Shown here: positions 7,928 through 16,263 of the stretch, piece by piece
How positions within the stretch are numbered: the stretch's first letter is position 1
How the letters are laid out: the number at the start of each line of letters is the position of its first letter
Source: Octopus sinensis
Taxonomy: Eukaryota
Direction of reading: 5' to 3'
Assembly (NCBI RefSeq): GCF_006345805.1
Contig: NW_021825111.1
Location: forward strand, 1-16,263
Length of the DNA stretch: 16,263 nt
Translations under genes and position numbers: made by a program
Notes under the pieces: model-generated
What the model was told of the DNA's origin: nothing
The model's database searches: none
Seen by the model: the letters and a program-made list of their open reading frames with translations, nothing else

Positions 7928-8379
7928 GGTGGCGAGCTGGCAGAAACGTTAGCACGCTGGGCGAAATGCTTAGTGGTATTTCGTCTGCCGGTACGTTCTG
8001 AGTTCAAATTCCGCCGAGGTCAACTTTGCCTTTCATCCTTTCGAGGTCGATTAAATAAGTACCAGTTACGCACTGGGGTCGATATAATCGACATAATCCG
8101 TTTTGTCTGTCCTTTTTTGTCACCTCTGTGTTTAGCCCCTTGTGGGTAGTAAAGAAATAGGTATTTCTTTTGTCTTTACGTTCTGAGTTCAAATACCGCC
8201 GAGGTCGACTTTGCCTTTCATCCCTTCAGGATGTGGGTAGTAAAGAAATGAGTATTTCGTCTGCCTTTCATCCTTTCAGGGTCCATAGAATAAGTAAGAT
8301 TTGAACAGTGGCGTCGACGAAATAGACTTAACCCCATCCTCTGAAATTGCTGGCCTTGTGCCAAAATTTGAAGTCAATA
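7928..8379 (+). mobile_element. SINE family A composite array: full unit, deleted unit, then deleted unit with alternative tail
   Basis: Head ggtggcgagctggcagaaacg; junction aaagaaata|ggtatttc at 8159/8160; second junction aaagaaatg|agtatttc at 8250/8251; terminal aaattgctggccttgtgcc. Confidence 0.85.
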
Positions 8380-8466
8380 CAGTATCATGGAGTGAGGCGT
8401 GCGTGGAGCCGACGGTGTGTGAAAAGCCTCTTACTAAACATTAATAATCAAGTGAAGACTAAAAAA

Positions 8467-8545
8467 CAAAGCTAACCTCTGCAGGATTTGAACTTAGAAC
8501 AATGAAATCGGGAACAGATACTACCGACACGTTTCATCAAACGCT
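8467..8545 (-). mobile_element. Old, degenerate SINE A-like fragment
   Basis: caaagctaacctctgcaggatttgaacttagaac resembles the family A reverse complement caaagtcgacctcggcggaatttgaactcagaac. Confidence 0.45.
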
Positions 8546-8581
8546 TTTGCATTTATTAGATAACTCTGTAAAACTTATCAC

Positions 8582-8992
8582 CAGGAGTGGCTGTGTGGTA
8601 AGTAGCTTGCTAACCAGCCACATGGTTCCGGGTTCAGTCCCACTGCGTGGCATCTTGGGCAAGTGTCTTCTGCTATAGCCCCGGGCCGACCAATGCTTTG
8701 TGAGTGGATTTGGTAGACGGAAACTGAAAGAAGCCTGTCGTATATATGCATATATATATATATATGTGTATGTATGTGTGTTTGTGTGTCTGTGTTTGTC
8801 CCCTAGCATTGCTTGACAACCGATGCTGGTGTGTTTACGTCCCCGTCACTTAGCGGTTCGGCAAAAGAGACCGATAGAATAAGTACTGGACTTACAAAAG
8901 AATAAGTCCCGGGGTCGATTTGCTCGACTAAAGGCGGTGCTCCAGCATGGCCGCAGTCAAATGATTGAAACAAGTAAAAGAGTAAAAGAGTA
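8582..8992 (+). mobile_element. tRNA-derived SINE (family B), full length, internal (TA)/(TG) microsatellite
   Basis: A box TGGCTGTGTGG; B box GGTTCAGTCCC; CORE-like ttgggcaagtgtctt; 3' end tgaaacaagtaaaagagtaaaagagta. Near-identical copies at 11960-12356 and 15549-15976. Confidence 0.92.
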
Positions 8993-9527
8993 AATGAAAT
9001 AGGAAATTCTGCGCAGCTCTTTGGACCAATTTCCCGCCTCTTCTTAAGAACAAATCCAAATCCCTCTTTCTCTCTTCATACCAATTCTAACACCTTTCCT
9101 TTCATTTTTTTTTATATCACTTTTTCCTCTAGCTCACCCACCTCTATTTACCTCCTCCTCCTCCTTCTCCTCCTTCCCCTCCTCTCTCGATATCACTTCA
9201 CATTTACTGTTCCTTTTGTTCACTCTAATCACCCTTTTAAAGCTTATTTTGTTATTATCTCCCCTTATTTCATAATTTTGGTTTTTTTCCTTTTCCCGCA
9301 AGGATTTTATCTAGACAAGTGCAGATACGTTATCTCTATCGTACCACACGAAGTGTCATTTTTCGTACAATAACGTCGCTGCCACAAACCACAATAATTG
9401 AAACAATCCTTACAATGCTTATCTATGTATTCCATTCGGTTATTCCACTCGGTTGAGCGCCAAAGCTTGCTTACTGTGCTGGATTATACAGACAGACTAA
9501 AAAATTATTGTTTCCCCTCAATCAGAA

Positions 9528-9680
9528 TTACTCCATTCTTTTATTTGTTTCAGTCATTTAACTGTGGCTATGCTGGAGCACCGCCTTTAGTCGTGCAAAT
9601 CGACCGCAGGACTTATTCTTTGTAACCCTAGTACTTATTCTATCGGTTTCTCTTGCCGAACCGCTAGTTTACGGGGACAT
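9528..9680 (-). mobile_element. SINE family B, 3' half only
   Basis: tgtttcagtcatttaactgtggctatgctggagcaccgcctttagtcg...gccgaaccgctag matches the reverse complement of about 8840-8990. Confidence 0.88.
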
Positions 9681-9745
9681 TTTTTTCTTCCGACGTCCGA
9701 ACGATTTCCCCAGGTGACTGCCTTTTTTGTTGTTGTTGTTGATAT

Positions 9746-10130
9746 GCTGTTGCTGTTGAGCGAACGGTCTTCGTCCCAGAGCTCCAAGTAGTGGGAGAAG
9801 TCCGAAACGTGGTCCTTTTGCTATTCGTAAGACCCACAGAAGAGAAAGCAGGTCAACCCCCGACAACCCCCGACACCAAAAGCATGGATGAATGCGCATC
9901 CAGGCTCAGCGCGGTTGCGTAGGAAGTCGGGGACAAGAAACGGGAAGAAAGAGTGAGAGAAAGTTGGGGCGAAAGAGTACAACAGGGGTCGCCACCACCC
10001 CCTGCCGGAGCCTCGTGGAGCTTTAGGTGTTTTCGCTCAATAAACACACACAATGCCCGGTCTGGGAATCGAAACCGCGATCCTCCGCCCGCGAGTCCGC
10101 TGCCCTAACCACTGGGCCATTGCGCCTCCA
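9746..10130 (-). mobile_element. tRNA-derived SINE (family C) with CAA-type tail
   Basis: Minus head tggaggcgcaaTGGCCCAGTGGttagggcagcggactc...GGTTTCGATTCCC; tail ...cgctcaacagcaacagc. TSD tgttgttgatat at 9734-9745 and 10132-10143. Confidence 0.85.
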
Positions 10131-10334
10131 CTGTTGTTGATATTGAACAATAAGGTATGTACGAAACTACCGTTAAAATATGACAATAAAGTGTGAATAT
10201 AACAGCAAATATGTGTGTTAAATGGCTGCCATGCCTCTGCTACGACATAAGTGTAATAATCGTAGATACATCGCTTAACCAAATATGACGTCGAGATGAC
10301 AAATAAAATATACAGCCAATGATAATATATCAAT

Positions 10335-10549
10335 TTTTGGTTCTATGTACATAAGGCCTGAAATTTTATGCAGGAGGCCCAGTTGATTATATCGACACCC
10401 TTGCTTAATTGGAACTTATTTATATACCTAGAAAGGATGAAAGGGAAAGTCTATCTCGGCAGATTTTGAACTCAGAATGTAAAGAGAACTCAGAATGAAT
10501 ACTGCAAAGTATTTGCTCAGCGCGGTAACGATTCTGCTAGCAGGCCGCC
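10335..10549 (-). mobile_element. Older SINE family A monomer (alternative tail)
   Basis: aggcctgaaatttt...gaaaggatgaaagggaaagtc...tttgaactcagaatg...aacgattctgctagcaggccgcc. Confidence 0.8.
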
Positions 10550-10575
10550 TTATTAAAGATGGCAACAATAACAAG

Positions 10576-10786
10576 CCTTTCTAGTATAAGCACAAAGCCT
10601 GAAATTTGGGAGAAGGGATAGTCGATTACATAGACCCCCAGTGCGTAACTGGTACTTAATTTATCGAGTCCGAAAGGATGAAAGGCAAAGTCGACCTCGG
10701 CAGAATTTGAACTCAGAACGTAACGGCAGACGAAATACGGCTACGCATTTCGCCCGGTGTGCTAACGATTCTGCCAGCTCGCCGCC
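10576..10786 (-). mobile_element. SINE family A monomer (alternative tail)
   Basis: Reverse complement of head (gctaacgattctgccagctcgccgcc) and body; tail gcacaaagcctgaaatttggg. Confidence 0.9.
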
Positions 10787-10884
10787 TTAAACAATTTTTA
10801 GACAATTCCTAATAATATTTAATTACAGATTGTTTTTTGAAACGTCCGGTGGCAAGGAGAGTATATCCAAACGAAACATAAATC

Positions 10885-10923
10885 AAAAGGGGTCCATAGA
10901 GAAAACATGGTTGAGAAACACTG
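10885..10923. mobile_element. Solo hAT-like terminus
   Basis: aaaaggggtccatagagaaaacat-ggttgagaaacactg. The last 15 nt reverse-complement to CAGTGTTTCTCAACC, resembling hAT/Charlie TIRs. No partner TIR seen. Confidence 0.5.
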
Positions 10924-11140
10924 AGTTAGACGGAGAATGTGTCCGAATGTGGCCAACCAGGCGAAGTTAGTCAACTACTTGACATTTTCTTAGTTTTTAA
11001 GAAGTCTTCGATTTAATACAACCAGAAGAGTGGCTTAGGAGATAATACTTACATTCCTGGCCGTTTTGTTATTTCGTTAGGTTCACTGTGGCCGCCACAA
11101 ACGCATTAATCAAATTCACTGGAAATTTTTGGAGCCAATT

Positions 11141-11175
<35 letters not shown>

Positions 11176-11178
11176 GAG
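11141..11178. repeat. (GAAA)n microsatellite
   Basis: Tandem GAAA. Confidence 0.9.
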
Positions 11179-11640
11179 AACGAGAAGGGTAGAAAGAGAG
11201 AACAATTGAGTGAAAAAAAGAGGATCGATAGATGGCGCTAGATTGTCAAGGTAAATTCAAAGGAAAAAAAATATAATAAATAACAAAAGAGAAAGAAAAA
11301 AAGTAATAAAGTTGATGTGGTTTTTCAGTCAGCTATTGTGAAGACAATGTCTGTCTGTGTGTCCGCTGGTCGAAGTTTTTGAGTCTTTTTTATATTTCTG
11401 CAACATTTGGTCAACGGATTCCTTCACGCATCATTGGGTTCGAGTGTGGAAACGTGAGATAGATTTAATTATCCATAGCAGTCGATGAATGGATCGCCTT
11501 TTTGGGGAATTACGGTAGGTTTTTTGTGAAAGACTAAAAGGACACAAAAGATATGGAGCAAAAAAACAAAAAAAAAACACACGAAAGGAACCACAATGAC
11601 ACTAATTAGAATAAGTGGTGACTCGCCATGTTATTATTTG

Positions 11641-11705
11641 CATCATCTCATCATCATCATCATCATCATCCATCATCATCATCATCATCATTATTATTAT
11701 TATTA
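11641..11705. repeat. (CAT)n(ATT)n microsatellite
   Basis: Tandem triplets. Confidence 0.9.
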
Positions 11706-11714
11706 ATCAATATT

Positions 11715-11768
11715 ATGTTCTGAGTTCAAATTCTGACGGGGCTGATTCTTGCCTTTTATGCTTTCCAG
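11715..11768 (+). mobile_element. Degenerate SINE A-like B-box fragment
   Basis: gttctgagttcaaattctg...ttgccttttatgctttc. Confidence 0.5.
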
Positions 11769-11926
11769 TAATTTTTTTGCTAGTTTATTTTATCTCTTTG
11801 TCTTCTCTCCTGGTGCCGTATGAACAGTTAATGTGGTCTTAGAGTCAAGTTTTGGCTGCTATTTCCAGTGTAGAGGTATCTCTTAGATGCCCTAAATTAT
11901 GATTTCAATAATAATATAATAATAAT

Positions 11927-11959
<33 letters not shown>

Positions 11960-11962
<3 letters not shown>

Positions 11963-12356
11963 TCTTTTACTTGTTTCAGTCATTTGACTGCGGCCATGCT
12001 GGAGCACCGCCTTTAGTCGAGCAACTCGACCCCGGGACTTATTCTTTTGTAAGCCCAGTGCTTATCCTATCGGTCTCTTTTGCCGAACCGCTAAGTAACG
12101 GAGACATAAACACACCATCATCGGTTGTCAAGCAATGCTAGGGGACAAACACATACACACAAACACACACACCCACATATATATATACATATATACGACG
12201 GGCTTCTTTCAGTTTCCGTCTACCAAATCCACTCCAGGCTTTTGGTCGGCCGAGGCTATAGTAGAAGACACTTGCCCAAGGTGCGACGCAGTGGGACTGA
12301 ACCCGGAACCATGTGGTTGGTAGACAAGCTACTTACCACACAGCCACTCCTGCGCC
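11960..12356 (-). mobile_element. SINE family B, full length
   Basis: Reverse complement of the 8582-8992 element; flanked by (TA)n on both sides. Confidence 0.92.
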
Positions 12357-13036
12357 TATATATATATATATACACACACCAGTCTATCTTCACTTCCTTT
12401 TCTCTGCTATACTAATTCTTGCTGATCCTTTTCACGTTTACACTTAATTCCTTTCTTTCTATTTATTCCTTCTTCGTATTTCTCTTTCCATTTGTATTCG
12501 TATTTCGGCGTGCATCATTAGCAACTTCAACAAGAACAACAACAGCATAACAATACACACACACACACACACACACCTCAAAACCAAACTGCAATAGCAG
12601 CGAGGCGAAGAACAGGGATAATGCGTAGAAAGAAATTTGAAGAAGCAGATGAACAAAAAAAAAAATGGCGACTAAAGAAGAACATACGATGAAAAAACAA
12701 TAGAAACGATATTCCTAAAATACAACAGGGAAGGGAGAAAGAGAGGGAAGAGAAAGGGAGATGAGAAGATATCTATATATATATATATATATATATGGGG
12801 ATACAGAGAGAAAGAACTATAAATTATGAAATGAGATAAAAATCTATATTAATGAAGAGATCCTCATTTGTTTTTGTTTTTTGCTTTGTTTGTTTTTTTT
12901 TGCGTTTTTTTTTTTAGTTATTTTGTTATGTTTTCATCAGTCTGGCATTATGACAAATACAAATTTAGACTTTTTACCTCTCCATATCGTATCATATTTT
13001 TAGATATATCGAATATAACAAGAGAACTTTACAAAG

Positions 13037-13137
13037 TAATAACAACAACAACAATAATAATGATAATAATAATAATAACAACAACAATAATAATAATAGT
13101 AATAATAATAATAATAATAATAGTAATAATAATAATG

Positions 13138-13180
<43 letters not shown>

Positions 13181-13230
13181 TAATAATAGTTTTGACTATT
13201 CCATTCTTGAAAGATGGTTGTTCTCCTCCG

Positions 13231-13263
<33 letters not shown>
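13037..13263. repeat. (AAT)n and (ATT)n microsatellites in opposed orientation around a short spacer
   Basis: AAT/AAC run about 13037-13188; ATT run about 13232-13263. Confidence 0.9.
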
Positions 13264-13265
<2 letters not shown>

Positions 13266-13394
13266 CTTTTCATTTTATTTATTTATTTTTTTTGTAAAAA
13301 ATGTATTTTAGAATAATGAATTAGTAATTGGAACTCAAACAAGATTTGTCTGTGGATAAATGTATAAATGTATGGAGCAAGTCTGCTTAATCGA

Positions 13395-13448
13395 TCTGTC
13401 CGTCTGTCTATCTATCGATCAGTCGATCGGCCTGCTTATCTATCTATA

Positions 13449-13480
<32 letters not shown>

Positions 13481-13531
13481 AATCTATCTATCTGTCAGTC
13501 ATTCTGTCTGTCTGTCTGTCCGTCCACCTAC

Positions 13532-13593
<62 letters not shown>

Positions 13594-13753
13594 GTTAGTC
13601 TGTCTTTGTGTCTGTCTGTCTGTCCGTTCGTCTGTCCATCCATCCATCTACCTACCCACCTACCTACCTACCCACCCACCTACCTACCCACCCACCCACC
13701 TACCTACCTACCTACCTACCTATCCATCCATCTTTCCGTCTGTCTGTCTGTCT
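13395..13753. repeat. Compound tetranucleotide microsatellite (CTAT, CTGT, CCAT, CCTA, CCCA)
   Basis: Tandem tetramers; source of ORFs 13360-13755 and 13368-13598. Confidence 0.93.
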
Positions 13754-14117
13754 GATGTAAAAATCTCTCTGAATATCAAAGAAAAAGAGGATATCCATGA
13801 ACAACTGCTTCGAAACCTCCAGCTGCTATATCCATATGAAGAATTCATATTCATACCAATAGTAATTGGAGCTCTAGGTTTCGTTAGTAAATGCTTAAAG
13901 GAGAATCTGGATAAACTGAGATTTTTAGAAAGAGAAATCGACCGAATAATTCGTACATTACAAGTGCAATCCGTGAGTGGAATAGTAAAAATATGCAAGA
14001 CTTTTCTCAAGTTCCAAATGTGAATTTGTCTGTATTAACTACATCCCAGTGATGGAGCCTTGTATCTTTGTTGGAAACCGGCTCCCTCCTTAGTGGAAGA
14101 TTTATAGTAATTAAAAA
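13754..14117 (+). mobile_element. 5'-truncated R4/Dong-clade non-LTR retrotransposon (restriction-like endonuclease C-terminus plus 3' UTR)
   Basis: Stop-free frame 13754-14023: [89 protein letters not shown]. The KxK...L...PIVIGALG...L..L...LQ...G...I pattern is typical of R4/Dong C-termini. Short UTR with a ggagcc/ggctcc stem. Confidence 0.8.
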
Positions 14118-14236
14118 AATAGAAGAGACATACATACATACATACATACACGACAGGCTTCTTTTAGTTTCCGTTGACCACTCACAAAGGCTTTGGTCGG
14201 AAGGCAGCAGCCCAAGGTGCCACGCAGTGCGACTAA
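14118..14236 (-). mobile_element. Degenerate SINE family B 5' half
   Basis: (cata)n cacgacaggcttcttttagtttccg...ccactcacaaaggctttggtcgg...cccaaggtgccacgcagtgcgact. Confidence 0.8.
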
Positions 14237-14305
14237 ACAAGGAAGAACATTTTTAAAAAGCTTATTAAATGTATTAGACTTGCACTTATTTGCCATTAAA
14301 CTTCT

Positions 14306-14858
14306 TATTTCTTTATTGCCCACAAAAGGCTAAACAGAGAGTGGAAAACAAAGACAGACAAACGGATTAAGTCGATTATATCGACCCCAGTGCGTAACTG
14401 GTACTTAATTTATCGACCCCGAAGGGATGAAAGGCAAAGTCGACCTCGGCGGAATTTGAACTCAGAATGTAACGGCAGACGAAATACCTATTTCTTTACT
14501 ACCCACAAGGAGCTAAACACAGAGGGAATAAACAAGGACAGACAAACGGATTAAGTCGATTATATCGACCGCAGCACGTAAAATGTTTCTTAATTTATCG
14601 ACCCCGAAAGGATGAAAGGCAAAGTCGACCTCGGTGGAATTTGAACTCAGAACGTAACGGCAGACGAAAAACAAGGACAGATATAGGTATTAAGTCGATT
14701 ACATCGACCCCAGTGCGTAACTGTTACTTAATTTATCGACCCCGAAAGGATGAAAGGCAAAGTCGACCTCGGTGGAATTTGAACTCAGAACGTAACGGCA
14801 GACGAAATACCGCTAAGCATTTCGCCCGGTGTGCTAACGTTTCTGCCAGCTCACCACC
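14306..14858 (-). mobile_element. SINE family A: head plus three tandem units
   Basis: Units at about 14306-14488, 14489-14668 and 14669-14810, head to 14858. Junction gaaatacc|tatttcttt at 14488/14489. TSD atttgccattaaactt (14288-14303) / atttgctattaaactt (14862-14877). Confidence 0.92.
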
Positions 14859-15161
14859 TTAATTTGCTATTAAACTTATATCAATTAAAGGACATTGTAT
14901 AAGCCGGTTGCTTGTTTAAAAGAAATGAACAAAACTGGATGCAGCGAATGGACAGCGTATTTGCTACAGAAGAGTTTTCAGCTTTGATCTCCATCGAATT
15001 TTTACACGTGAATTCCTCACGGCAGTTTTCACCAGATACATTTGGTCTGTCGATGTAAATGGAATCGATACTTTCAGGAGAGAAGCCTACCTTCTGTACA
15101 GACAGATATTGGTTGGAAGCTGCAACGGGAAGAAGAAATCCTTCACCGTCAGGTATAGGAA

Positions 15162-15470
15162 TACTGGTACTCCGTCAGTTGCGACGAGGAGTGTACCAGT
15201 TGATCTGCTCAACGGAACAGCCTGCTCATGAAATTAATGTGAAAGTGGTTGAGTATTCCACAGACACGTGCACCCTTAATGTAGTTTTCGGGAATGTGAC
15301 ATGGCTGGTCCTTTGAATTATAGGTACGGCTCATTTTTGCCAGATGTGTAGACTGGAGTAACGTGAAGTAAAGTGTCTTGCTGAAGGACAGAAGGTATCA
15401 CCGAGTATCGAACTCAGGACCTAACGATCGCGAGCCGGATACTCTTAACCACTAAGCCATGCACCTTCAC
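15162..15470 (-). mobile_element. tRNA-derived SINE (family D) with CORE-like domain
   Basis: Minus head gtgaaggtgcaTGGCTTAGTGGttaag...GAGTTCGATAC; then tgtccttcagcaagacactttacttcacgttactccagtc...ctggcaaaaatgag. Confidence 0.82.
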
Positions 15471-15548
15471 GGGGAATAACAATAAATAGCGCACAAGTAA
15501 ATTTAAATAAAAGTGTAAACAGGCAAAACAATTTGTAGGAGTTAAGAT

Positions 15549-15976
15549 TACTCTTCTACTCTTTTACTTGTTTCAGTCATTTGACTGCGGCCATGCTGGA
15601 GCACCGCCTTTAGTCGAGCAAATCGACCCCGGGACTTATTCTTTGTAAGCCCAGTATTTATTCTATCGGTCTCTTTTTGCCGAACCGCTAAGTGACGGGG
15701 ACATAAACACACCAGCAATCGGTTGTCAAGCAATGCTAGGGGGACAAATACAGACACACAACACACACACACCACACACATTATATATATATATATATAT
15801 ATATAATATACATAATACGACAGGCTTCTTTCAGTTTCCGTCTACCAATCACTCACGAGGCATTGGTCGGCCCGGGGCTATAGCAGAAGACACTTGCCCA
15901 AGGTGCCACGCAGTGGGACTGAACCTGGAACCATGTGGTTGGTTAGCAAGTTACTTACCACACAGCCACTCCTGCG
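15549..15976 (-). mobile_element. SINE family B, full length
   Basis: Reverse complement of the 8582-8992 element with an internal CA/TA microsatellite. Confidence 0.92.
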
Positions 15977-16029
15977 ACAGTTAAATATTTAAATATTTAA
16001 CAGAAAATAAAGGAAATCTCAAAAACTCT

Positions 16030-16142
16030 GAAAACTGATTAGATCGGGTTTCACACACATACACATTCACACACACACACAGACACACGTATGTATGTGC
16101 GTGTGTGTATGTGTGTGTGTGTGAATGTATATGTGTGTATAT
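16030..16142. repeat. (CA)n...(TG)n microsatellite
   Basis: CA run from about 16052 followed by TG/TATG runs. Confidence 0.85.
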
Positions 16143-16263
16143 GGGCCCGGTTTTTCTATGGCGTATGAGTCCCCCAGCTGGACGGGACGCCAGTCCATTG
16201 CAGCGTTTCTCATTTTTGACAGCTGAGTGGACTGGAGCAATGTGAAATGAAGTGTTTTGCTCA
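16143..16263 (-). mobile_element. SINE 3' part (CORE-like segment plus gatggactggcgtcccgtccag motif); head lies beyond the window
   Basis: Minus strand tgagcaaaacacttcatttcacattgctccagtccactcagctgtcaaaaatgag is related to family D; the following tgcaatggactggcgtcccgtccag resembles a motif of V-type SINEs. Confidence 0.75.

Noticed and set aside
10050-10130. tRNA genes at the SINE heads (also 91, 8582, 15470)
   Set aside because: A and B boxes are present, but there is no complete cloverleaf and each continues into a repeated SINE body.
12941-13035. Possible exon WHYDKYKFRLFTSPYRIIFLDISNITRELYK within ORF 12868-13311
   Set aside because: The acceptor is plausible but the donor (AAA|GTAATA) is weak, the peptide is unrecognised, and the rest of the ORF is T-rich or (AAT)n low complexity.

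Overview
Eukaryotic, AT-rich, repeat-saturated non-coding DNA (intergenic or intronic) with no intact protein-coding gene. The tRNA-derived SINE families, compound microsatellites and RTE, R4/Dong, mariner and Penelope-like relics look like an octopus (cephalopod) genome; this is recognition from memory, not a database result. Nearly all ORFs in the supplied track are microsatellite or SINE artefacts; only 4131-4328 (mariner transposase) encodes a recognisable protein fragment. Two further real coding relics are missing from the track: an RTE LINE C-terminus (1-90 plus 703-874) and an R4/Dong C-terminus (13754-14023). Highlights: (1) a type I hammerhead ribozyme fold at 3166-3281 with a palindromic helix III of the Penelope dimer type and an unusually long helix II insert; (2) a tRNA-SINE present at three loci as head plus tandem head-less ~185-bp units with a fixed junction, two arrays being enclosed by target-site duplications and sharing position-specific variants; (3) several long perfect foldbacks next to (TA)n runs, one containing a hammerhead 3' half. 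All structures were folded and aligned by eye.
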